Below are positions 1 to 6,322 of a DNA stretch of 24,000 bases, piece after piece (position 1 is the first letter of the stretch; each line of letters starts with the position of its first letter). The notes under the pieces were generated by a model. The model saw only the letters and a list, made by a program, of their open reading frames with translations, made no database searches and had not been told where the DNA came from. Both the position numbers and the translations under genes were made by a program. Origin of the DNA: Propionibacteriaceae bacterium Y1923 (lineage in GTDB: Bacteria; Actinomycetota; Actinomycetes; Propionibacteriales; Propionibacteriaceae); NCBI GenBank assembly GCA_050157085.1, contig CP189724.1, forward strand, positions 2,751,761 to 2,775,760, in the 5' to 3' direction.

Positions 1-944
1 ATCCACCGAACCAGGGGCCCAACCCGTGGGGCAACCCGTCCAGCCAGCCGAGCGGTCAGCCCTACCACCAGCCGAGCGGGGACCCCTATGGGGCCCCTGC
101 ACAGCAGTACGGCCAGCAGCCCGGTGCGCAACAGTACGGCCAGCAGCCCGGTGCGCCACAGTACGGGCAGCAGCCCTATGGCCAGCCGCCGACCCAGCCC
201 GGTCAGGGCGGGGGGCAGCCGCCCTACGGTGGCCAGCCACCGGCCGGTGGGCCGGAGCAGCCCAAGAAGAACAACCTGCCGCTGCTGATCGGGGTGGGCG
301 TCGTCGTCCTCGCCCTGGTCATCGGCCTGATCTGGGCCTTCACCCGCGGCGGCGACGAGGTGGCGGCCACCCCGACCACCGCGACGTCCACCGAACCGGG
401 GACGACCGAGCAGGAGACCACGGAGCAGGAGACCACCGAAGAGGAGACCACCGAGCAGGAGACCACCGAGCAGGAAACCACCGAGCAGGAAACCACCGAG
501 CAGGAGACCACCGAGCAGGAGACCACCGAGCAGGAGACCACCGAACAGCAGACCACGCAGAACACCGGCTCTGCCCCGGCCGACCCGGGGGCGTACAAGT
601 CGGTGGCCATCAGCTCGCTGACCCTGCCGCGAGCCTTCGGTGACTACTCACTGCTCGACCCGGAATCGACGTCGACGATCCTGATCTTCTACACCCACAA
701 CAGCAACCCCGGGAAGCTCGTGAGCGCCACCGTGCTGCCGCTGGGTGTGGACGGCAGTTCGTCGCGTGCTCGCCTGGTCAACCCGCAGGTGGTCGGCAAT
801 GCCGTCTGCGGCACCAGTTCCTCGGGTGGGTCCAGCTCGTGCGTCGTCGACTTCTCCGACGGCTACATGCAGATGAGCGCCGCAGAAGACCTGAATGCCA
901 CCAGCGCGCTGCTGCAGCAGTGGCTGGACATCGCCACTGCCTGA
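1..944 (+). CDS. Membrane-anchored repeat protein of unknown function, 5'-partial (frame opens at nt 3): PQG/Y-rich N-terminal region, one TM helix, acidic TTEQE repeat linker, about 130-aa C-terminal domain
   Basis: The frame of track ORF 294..944 stays open upstream to the window edge. Read by hand it gives PPNQGPNPWGNPSSQPSGQPYHQPSGDPYGAPAQQYGQQPGAQQYGQQPGAPQYGQQPYGQPP...KKNNLPLLIGVGVVVLALVIGLIWAF. The GVGVVVLALVIGLIWAF helix follows a KKNN positive patch. The track GTG at 294 is therefore probably internal. No family recognised for the C-terminal domain. Confidence 0.6.
   Translation, partial: PPNQGPNPWGNPSSQPSGQPYHQPSGDPYGAPAQQYGQQPGAQQYGQQPGAPQYGQQPYGQPPTQPGQGGGQPPYGGQPPAGGPEQPKKNNLPLLIGVGVVVLALVIGLIWAFTRGGDEVAATPTTATSTEPGTTEQETTEQETTEEETTEQETTEQETTEQETTEQETTEQETTEQETTEQQTTQNTGSAPADPGAYKSVAISSLTLPRAFGDYSLLDPESTSTILIFYTHNSNPGKLVSATVLPLGVDGSSSRARLVNPQVVGNAVCGTSSSGGSSSCVVDFSDGYMQMSAAEDLNATSALLQQWLDIATA
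105..185 (+). repeat. In-frame 27-bp direct repeat (about 3 copies) encoding QYGQQPGA(Q/P)
   Basis: cagtacggccagcagcccggtgcgcaa (105-131) is repeated at 132-158 with 1 mismatch. A degenerate third copy starts at 159. Confidence 0.6.
402..560 (+). repeat. 15-bp in-frame tandem repeat, about 10.5 copies (gagaccaccgagcag unit), encoding (TTEQE)n
   Basis: Direct reading gives the units TTEQE TTEQE TTEEE, then TTEQE x6, then TTEQQ TTQ. Copies differ only by synonymous or single changes. This repeat also produces the spurious CSVVS antisense ORF 224..610. Confidence 0.9.
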
Positions 945-959
945 GCCATCCGCTGGAAC

Positions 960-1004
960 AACAGGCGCGGGCCCACACCAATCCGGAGTGGGCCCGCGCC
1001 TGTT
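960..1004. terminator. Bidirectional intrinsic-terminator-like hairpin between convergent genes
   Basis: Perfect 17-bp stem: aacaggcgcgggcccac (960-976) pairs with gtgggcccgcgcctgtt (988-1004), with an 11-nt loop. It lies between the stop at 944 (+) and the stop at 1034 (-). There is no clean U-tract. Confidence 0.7.
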
Positions 1005-1033
1005 GCTCGGGGGATTGGGGGATTCGGGTCAGG

Positions 1034-2269
1034 TCAGACCTGCACGTAGGTGACCTGGGCGATGCCGGCGTTCTCAGGGGCGATCTTGAGGAAGGCACCC
1101 TTCGACAGGTCGAGGCAGCGACCGGCGATGTAGGGGCCACGGTCGTTGATGGTGACGATGACGCTCTTGCCGTTGGCCTTGTTGGTGACCTTGAGCTTGG
1201 TGCCGAAGGGCAGCGTCTTGTGGGCAGCGGTCATCGCCCACGGGTCGAACATGCCACCGGAGGCCACCGGCTGGGGGTCCCAGTAGTTCGAGGCCTCACA
1301 GCTGCCCGAGTAGCCGCCGGTCTTGGCCGGCACGTTGGTGTTCTCGGACGAGGAGGTGCTGGTGCTCGTGCTGGTGTTGGTGTTGGTGGTCGTCTTCGGC
1401 GCAGTGGTCGTGGCCGGCGCTTCCTTGATGCCCACGTGGACGACCTGGGACACGGGCTGCTTGACGACCTTCTCACCGGTCTTGTGGTGGTTCGAGACGA
1501 GCTTGCCGTCGAGGTAGACCTGCGTGATGAAGGTCTGCTTCTGGCCCTTCTCACCCTTGGTGACGACCTTCTTCTCACCCTTCAGCAGGGTGGCGTCCTC
1601 CACCTCTTTGGTGTCGAAGGCGATGTCGCTGGTCACGATGATCGGACGGTAGTGCACGTCCTGGTAGGTGATCTTCTGGTCGGCGACCACGGCGCTGGTC
1701 GGGTCGGCGCTCACCTTGTCGAGGTCGTCGAGGGTGATGCCAGCGGCCTTCAGGGCGTCCCCGACGGTGGCATTGCCGGGCACCTCGACGGTCTTCACGC
1801 CGTCCTTGGTGGTGATGCTCACCGTCTTGGGGGTGATCACCTCGACCTGCAGGCCCTCGCGCTTCAGCGCGGTCGAGCGGCTGGTCGAGACCAGGTTCTT
1901 GGAGTCATCCAGGTCGAGCTGCGCCAGCGCCTCGTCGAGGGTGAGCGCGGTCGTCCACTGGGTGATGGTCTTGCCGTCGACGTTCAGGGTCAGCGGCTTG
2001 GCGACCTTGATGGTGACGGCCGACCCGTCGGACAGCGGGGTGTCGACCTCGGGCTGGATCACGTCGTGCTCGGCCAGGGTGATGCCCTGCTGGTCGAGCA
2101 GTTCGGCCACTGTCTTGGCGCGGGTGTCAACGGTCTGGGTTGACCCATCGGTCGTGATGGTCACCGTGTCCTTGTCCAGGGCGATCGCACCGGCGGCTCC
2201 ACCACCGACGACCCCCAGGGCCAGCACACTCGACAGCGCAATGATCGCGCCCTTGGAAAACTTCTTCAC
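1034..2269 (-). CDS. Secreted or membrane-anchored cell-wall protein: DUF348 x3, G5 domain, S/T/N-rich linker, C-terminal RlpA-like double-psi beta-barrel (lytic transglycosylase-like) domain; RpfB/YabE-type architecture
   Basis: N-terminal anchor MKKFSKGAIIALSSVLALGVVGG. Three repeats of the DUF348 pattern (V.I..DG....V.T.A.TV...L...GI.L...D.V.P). G5-like segment: IAFDTKEVEDATLLKGEKKVVTKGEKGQKQTFITQVYLDGK. C-terminus MTAAHKTLPFGTKLKVTNKANGKSVIVTINDRGPYIAGRCLDLSKGAF matches the RlpA DPBB signature (AAHktLPfgt...V.N..NG.sv.V.vnDRGP...R.iDLS). GTG start at 2269. Confidence 0.85.
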   Translation of the reverse strand: MKKFSKGAIIALSSVLALGVVGGGAAGAIALDKDTVTITTDGSTQTVDTRAKTVAELLDQQGITLAEHDVIQPEVDTPLSDGSAVTIKVAKPLTLNVDGKTITQWTTALTLDEALAQLDLDDSKNLVSTSRSTALKREGLQVEVITPKTVSITTKDGVKTVEVPGNATVGDALKAAGITLDDLDKVSADPTSAVVADQKITYQDVHYRPIIVTSDIAFDTKEVEDATLLKGEKKVVTKGEKGQKQTFITQVYLDGKLVSNHHKTGEKVVKQPVSQVVHVGIKEAPATTTAPKTTTNTNTSTSTSTSSSENTNVPAKTGGYSGSCEASNYWDPQPVASGGMFDPWAMTAAHKTLPFGTKLKVTNKANGKSVIVTINDRGPYIAGRCLDLSKGAFLKIAPENAGIAQVTYVQV

Positions 2270-2386
2270 GTTCGCGGAAACCTCTCAACATGACCACCGC
2301 CTGGGTGACGGCAGCGGTCCGGATACAGCCGACCCGAGGATCGACAGTAAGGAGATTACGCTCATGTTGAGAGATCCCCAAATCTA
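2270..2386 (-). promoter_or_regulatory. Putative promoter -10 (TAGATT, 2386..2381) plus a structured 5' leader whose closing helix sequesters the SD of the Rpf-like gene
   Basis: Perfect 12-bp long-range inverted repeat. On the RNA, ctctcaacatga (2373..2362) pairs with tcatgttgagag (2293..2282), enclosing 68 nt. The 3' arm runs into GAGAGG, the only SD-like element, 11 nt before GTG 2269. TAGATT lies 7-8 nt upstream of the 5' arm. Confidence 0.4.
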
Positions 2387-2549
2387 AACTGAGAAATCTT
2401 CAGAAACAGCGGACGCGCAGGTTCCTGCCCAGAAACCTCGCTGGCAGCGATGGATCCGAGGCGAAACCTGTGCATCCGCGGGGGTGCAGGAGCAGGGGAC
2501 GAGGGAAGCGGGCGGCGGCGCAGACCAGTGACCTCCCCTGCGGTAGAGG

Positions 2550-4787
2550 TCAGCGGCGCCGGCGGAAACCCCGCAGGCGCAGGCTGTTGCCCACCACGAA
2601 GACTGAGCTGAAGGCCATCGCGGCGGCGGCCAGCATCGGGTTCAGGAAGCCCAGGGCGGCCACCGGGATCGCGACCACGTTGTAGAAGAACGCCCAGAAC
2701 AGGTTCGTCTTGATGGTGCGCAGGGTGGCCCGGGACAGGCGGACCGCATCGGCGGCCAACAGCAGGTCGGGCTGCATCAGGGTGATGTCGCTGGCAGCGA
2801 TGGCCGCGTCGGTGCCGCTGCCCATGGCCATGCCGAGGTCGGCCTGGGTGAGCGCGGCCGCGTCGTTGACCCCATCCCCGACCATGGCGACGCGTCGTCC
2901 CTGCGCCTGCAGTTCGCGCACCACGTCGAGCTTGTGGCTGGGCAGCACTTCGGCATGTACGCGGTCGATGCCGACCTCGGCGGCCATGCTGCGGGCCGCG
3001 TGTTCGTTGTCGCCGGTCAGCATGACCGGTTCCAGCCCGAGCTCGCGCAGTTCTGCCACGGCCTTGGCGCTGGTGGGCTTGATCGTGTCCTGGACGGCGA
3101 TCAGCCCGAGCACCTGGTGCTGGTCGGCGACCAGCACTTGGGTGGCGCCGGCGGTGGCAGCCCGGGACGAGGCGACCGCCAGGTCGGCGGGCAGGTCCAG
3201 GCCCTGCTCGGTCATCAGGGCCCGGTTGCCGACGAAGTAGGTGGTCTGCTCGATGACGCCGCGGATGCCGAAGCCGGGCAGGTTCTCGAAGTCGGTGACC
3301 TCGCCGGACGGGGTGCCCGCCTCGGCGATGGCTCGGGCGATCGGGTGCTCGGAGTTGGACTCCAGGGCTGCCGCGATGCCCAGCACCCGGGCAGTGGTGG
3401 CCCCGGGGGCGTGGCTGATCTCACCGACGGCCATCTGGCCGGTGGTCAGGGTGCCGGTCTTGTCGAGCACCACGGTGTCGATGGAGTGGGCCTGCTCGAG
3501 CACCTCGGGGCCACGGATGACGATGCCCAGTTCGGCGCCACGACCGGTACCGGCCAGCAGCGCGGTGGGGGTGGCCAGTCCCAGCGCACAGGGGCAGGCG
3601 ATGATCAGCACGGCGACCGCGGCGGTCACCGCGAACGAGGCGGACGACCCGGTCAGCAGCCATGCGACGAGGGTGACCATGGCGATCACCAGCACGATCG
3701 GGACGAAGATGCCCGAGATCTTGTCGGCCAGCCGCTGCACGTTGGCCTTGCCGGTCTGGGCCTGCTCGACCAATCGGGCGATGTGGCTCAGCTGGGTGTC
3801 GTTGCCAATGGCCGTGGCGCGCACGGCCAGTCGTCCGGAGGTGTTGATGGTGGCACCGACGACGTTGTCCTCGGGGCCGACCTCGACGGGCACCGACTCA
3901 CCGGTGATCATCGCGGCGTCGATGGCCGAGTTGCCGCTGACCACCACTCCGTCGGTGGCGACCTTCTCGCCGGGCTTGACGATGAAGACGTCGCCCACGC
4001 CGAGCTCGGCGATCGGGATGCGTTCCTCACGCGGGCCGTCCGGGGTGTCGCGGACGACCGTCGCCTCCTTGGCGCCCATGTTCAGCAGCGCCTGCAGCGC
4101 GGCCCCGGCCTCGCGGCGGGAGCGGGCCTCGATGTAGCGGCCCAGCAGGATGAAGGTGATGATCGCCGTGGCGGCCTCGAAGTACACATTGGCGCCCGAC
4201 ATCGAGCGGTCCAGCCGCAGGCTGAACTCGTGGGTGAAGCCGAGGTGGCCGGCGTGGGTGAACGCGAGGGCATAGATCGACCAGCCCATGGCGGCCGTGG
4301 TGCCCATGGTGATCAGGGTGTCCATCGTGGTGGCGCCATGACGCAGGTTCACCAGGGTGGACTTGTGGAACCCCCAGCCGCACCACAGCCAGACCGGCAG
4401 CGAGAGCACCAGCATCACGTACTGCCAGCCGGTGAACTGCAGCGCCGGGATCATCGAGACCAGCATCACCGGGACAGTGAGCACGACGGCCACGATCAGC
4501 CGGGTGCGCAACTGGGCCGCCCGGTCGATGGGCTCGGCCTCCGGCTCTGGCACGCTCGCCCCGTACCCGGTCTTCTCGACCACGGCGATCAGGTCGTCGA
4601 CCGAGATCGTGCCGGGCGCCAGCACATGGGCACGTTCGGTGGCGTAGTTGACGCTGGCCTGGACACCGTCGACCTTGTTGAGCTTCTTCTCGACACGAGC
4701 CGCGCACGAGGCGCAGGTCATGCCCGAGATGTCGAGCTCAATGGATTCCCGGGTGTCGGTGGCGGGTTCGGGGCGAGCGATGCTCAT
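2550..4787 (-). CDS. copA: Copper-translocating P1B-type ATPase
   Basis: N-terminal HMA domain with GMTCASCAARVE. Also present: CPC motif (IACPCALGLATP), DKTGTLT phosphorylation site, TGES-type actuator (ITGESVPV) and GDGVNDAAAL hinge. SD gaagga lies 6 nt upstream of ATG 4787. Confidence 0.95.
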   Translation of the reverse strand: MSIARPEPATDTRESIELDISGMTCASCAARVEKKLNKVDGVQASVNYATERAHVLAPGTISVDDLIAVVEKTGYGASVPEPEAEPIDRAAQLRTRLIVAVVLTVPVMLVSMIPALQFTGWQYVMLVLSLPVWLWCGWGFHKSTLVNLRHGATTMDTLITMGTTAAMGWSIYALAFTHAGHLGFTHEFSLRLDRSMSGANVYFEAATAIITFILLGRYIEARSRREAGAALQALLNMGAKEATVVRDTPDGPREERIPIAELGVGDVFIVKPGEKVATDGVVVSGNSAIDAAMITGESVPVEVGPEDNVVGATINTSGRLAVRATAIGNDTQLSHIARLVEQAQTGKANVQRLADKISGIFVPIVLVIAMVTLVAWLLTGSSASFAVTAAVAVLIIACPCALGLATPTALLAGTGRGAELGIVIRGPEVLEQAHSIDTVVLDKTGTLTTGQMAVGEISHAPGATTARVLGIAAALESNSEHPIARAIAEAGTPSGEVTDFENLPGFGIRGVIEQTTYFVGNRALMTEQGLDLPADLAVASSRAATAGATQVLVADQHQVLGLIAVQDTIKPTSAKAVAELRELGLEPVMLTGDNEHAARSMAAEVGIDRVHAEVLPSHKLDVVRELQAQGRRVAMVGDGVNDAAALTQADLGMAMGSGTDAAIAASDITLMQPDLLLAADAVRLSRATLRTIKTNLFWAFFYNVVAIPVAALGFLNPMLAAAAMAFSSVFVVGNSLRLRGFRRRR

Positions 4788-4814
4788 CAGAGTCCTTCAG
4801 GGGGATGGGGTGGT

Positions 4815-5027
4815 TCAGGCAGGCTGCACGACGTAGTTGTCGCCGGCCTCGGCGACGGCGGCCTTGATGGCCTCGAAGTCAACGGCAGCATTCGAGGTGA
4901 CGGTCATGCTGCCGCCCTCCAGCTGGACGTCGACCTGGTCGACCCCCTCGAGGGCCGAGACCTCTTCGGTGACGGCGTTGACGCAGTGGCCGCAGGTCAT
5001 GCCGGTGACGGTGTAGTTGCTGATCAT
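4815..5027 (-). CDS. copZ: Copper chaperone, heavy-metal-associated domain protein (70 aa)
   Basis: MISNYTVTGMTCGHCVNAV... carries the MTCxHC metal-binding motif. AAGGAG lies 5 nt upstream of ATG 5027. The 99-aa track ORF (to 5114) is an upstream extension that overlaps csoR. Confidence 0.9.
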   Translation of the reverse strand: MISNYTVTGMTCGHCVNAVTEEVSALEGVDQVDVQLEGGSMTVTSNAAVDFEAIKAAVAEAGDNYVVQPA

Positions 5028-5061
5028 GATTGCTCCTTGGGGTTTCGTGGGTGCTGGGCGG

Positions 5062-5388
5062 TCAGGACTTGACCAGGCGGGTGATGGCGGCCATGGCCTC
5101 GGACAACTTGGCATCGGCTTCCGGGCCGCCCTGTCGAGCAGCTTCGAGGACGCAGTGGCCGAGGTGGTCCTCGACCAACCCCAGGGCCACTGCTTCGAGT
5201 GCGCTCGTCATGGCAGTGACCTGCGTCAGGATGTCGATGCAGTACTTCTCCTCCTCGACCATCCGCTGCAGGCCGCGGGCCTGCCCCTCGATGCGCCGCA
5301 GCCGCTTGAGGTAGTCGTCCTTGGCGCTGATGTAGCCGTAGTGATGGCCATGCTCATCGGGTGCGTGGGTGTTGGTTGACTCGGTCAC
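5062..5388 (-). CDS. csoR: CsoR-family copper-sensing transcriptional repressor
   Basis: RLRRIEGQARGLQRMVEEEKYCIDILTQ...HLGHC shows the CsoR C-H-C ligand pattern and four-helix-bundle core. It is the first gene of csoR-copZ-copA. Confidence 0.9.
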   Translation of the reverse strand: MTESTNTHAPDEHGHHYGYISAKDDYLKRLRRIEGQARGLQRMVEEEKYCIDILTQVTAMTSALEAVALGLVEDHLGHCVLEAARQGGPEADAKLSEAMAAITRLVKS

Positions 5389-5395
5389 TCCAGGA

Positions 5396-5415
5396 AATAT
5401 ACCCCCACCCGGTAT
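5396..5415 (-). promoter_or_regulatory. CsoR-type operator overlapping a -10 element, consistent with a leaderless csoR transcript
   Basis: ATACC-cccaccc-GGTAT (5399-5415) is an AT-flanked G/C-tract pseudo-palindrome, as in known CsoR operators. On the minus strand TATATT (5401..5396) ends 7 nt before GTG 5388, and there is no SD with usable spacing. Confidence 0.55.
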
Positions 5416-5483
5416 GGGTTCCCAAGCCCACCCCCGGGTGTTCCTAGATCAAGTGCCGCCCGGGGCCCACCTGACGGGCCACT

Positions 5484-5728
5484 TGTGGACAACCAACGAC
5501 CCCAGGGACGATGTTGACCATGGTCCTGCGACCCTGTGGGAATCCTGAGCCTTGGACTGTCAACAGCCGGGACGCCCGCTGGACGACCGCCTGCGGGTGC
5601 AATGCCTAGTCAACTGGACATTCTCGGGCAAGATGAATTCTTTGTCCCCAGAGATCACAGCGTTGTCCACAGTTCTTGGCCGGTGCGCACCGACATCGTC
5701 CACAACACCTCCCAATACCTGTGGAAAA
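5484..5728. promoter_or_regulatory. Cluster of DnaA-box motifs (2 perfect, 3 with one mismatch) in the csoR/guaD intergenic region
   Basis: Perfect boxes: TTGTCCACA at 5663-5671 (+) and TGTGGACAA at 5484-5492 (perfect box on the - strand). One-mismatch boxes: TTGTCCCCA 5642-5650, TCGTCCACA 5696-5704, and TGTGGAAAA 5720-5728 (TTTTCCACA on the - strand). Weak box: TGTGGGAAT 5535-5543. Confidence 0.5.
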
Positions 5729-5801
5729 CCCACCCGGGACGACCTGCTTGCGGGACACTGCAACAACAACTAGCGTCAGCCGGTCCAACGAAGGAGTCAG
5801 G

Positions 5802-6263
5802 ATGCACCTGCAGGCAGCCATCGACGCCGCCACGCGCAGCGTCGCCACGGGCGGCGGGCCGTTCGGTGCCGTCATCCTCACCCCCGACGGACGAACCTTT
5901 ACCGGCGCCAACCAGGTTACCCAGACCTGCGACCCCACCGCCCACGCCGAGGTGGTCGCCATCCGCGAGGCCTGCCGGGTGCTGGGCCGCTTCGAGTTGT
6001 CGGGCTGCGTGCTCTACGCCTCGTGCGAGCCGTGCCCGATGTGCCTGGCCGCCTGCCAGTGGGCCCGGCTCGAGCGGGTCGAGTACGCCGCGACCGCCGA
6101 GGACGCCGCCGAGGCCGGCTTCGACGACCGCCTCATCCAGCAGGGACTCCGCGGGGAGGTCGCCCTGGCCACCCCGGTCACCCGGGTCGAACTGCCCGAT
6201 GCCGAGCAGCGGCTGGCCCCGTTCCGCGCGTGGGCTGCCCACGCCACCCGGACCGACTACTGA
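5802..6263 (+). CDS. guaD: Guanine deaminase (CDA-fold nucleoside/nucleotide deaminase, GuaD-like), 153 aa
   Basis: GGPFGAVI...DPTAHAEVVAIREAC...CEPCPMCLAA...AAEAGFDD shows the HAE and PCxxC zinc motifs. It aligns by eye along nearly its whole length with Bacillus GuaD. AAGGAG (5791-5796) lies 5 nt before ATG 5802; the track start at 5676 is an upstream extension. Confidence 0.8.
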   Translation: MHLQAAIDAATRSVATGGGPFGAVILTPDGRTFTGANQVTQTCDPTAHAEVVAIREACRVLGRFELSGCVLYASCEPCPMCLAACQWARLERVEYAATAEDAAEAGFDDRLIQQGLRGEVALATPVTRVELPDAEQRLAPFRAWAAHATRTDY

Positions 6264-6322
6264 GCCATGGCTGCCGAGCGTAAAGTGGCCGCCGGACAGG
6301 TCCACAGCGGAAGGGGGGCGTC

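Noticed and set aside
402-560. Regular 15-bp repeats considered as a possible CRISPR-like or minisatellite non-coding array.
   Set aside because: There are no spacers, the period is a multiple of 3, and the array is in-frame inside a CDS. It is a coding tandem repeat.
26-643. 205-aa ORF (and 88..288) in alternative frames over the repeat region at the left edge.
   Set aside because: The frame that continues into a bona fide TM helix and the TTEQE repeats is open to the window edge and gives a coherent PQG-rich protein. The alternative frames give Arg/His/Asp repeat nonsense (GDHRAGDHR...).
839-2143. 434-aa plus-strand ORF opposite the Rpf-like gene. Similar long opposite-strand ORFs: 2934..5072 (+), 6257..7024 (-), 9053..10684 (-), 12696..15041 (+), 15677..17065 (+), 18499..19356 (-), 19441..20277 (-), 21877..23007 (+).
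   Set aside because: Their translations are low-complexity and rich in G, R, D, H, V and L with no recognisable motifs. Each lies antisense to a gene with clear family signatures. These are typical stop-codon-poor shadow frames of high-GC DNA.
2270-2386. Calling the Rpf-like gene leader a ydaO/c-di-AMP riboswitch.
   Set aside because: The context fits, but the conserved cores I remember (GGGGTGAATC-like and CAGCTAAC-like segments, and the two pseudo-symmetric halves) are not identifiable, and the enclosed region (68 nt) is too short. I kept it only as an unclassified structured leader.
2521-2549. Hairpin-like cctct...gggagg immediately downstream of the copA stop, considered as the copA terminator.
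   Set aside because: The stem is only 5-6 bp and includes a G-U pair, with no U-tract. It is not distinguishable from background GC-rich self-complementarity.
5389-5801. Possibility that the DnaA-box cluster is the chromosomal origin (oriC).
   Set aside because: There is no dnaA, dnaN, rpmH or recF nearby. I could not find a distinct AT-rich 13-mer-type unwinding element. Only about 5-6 boxes are present. A secondary DnaA-binding or regulatory locus is more defensible.
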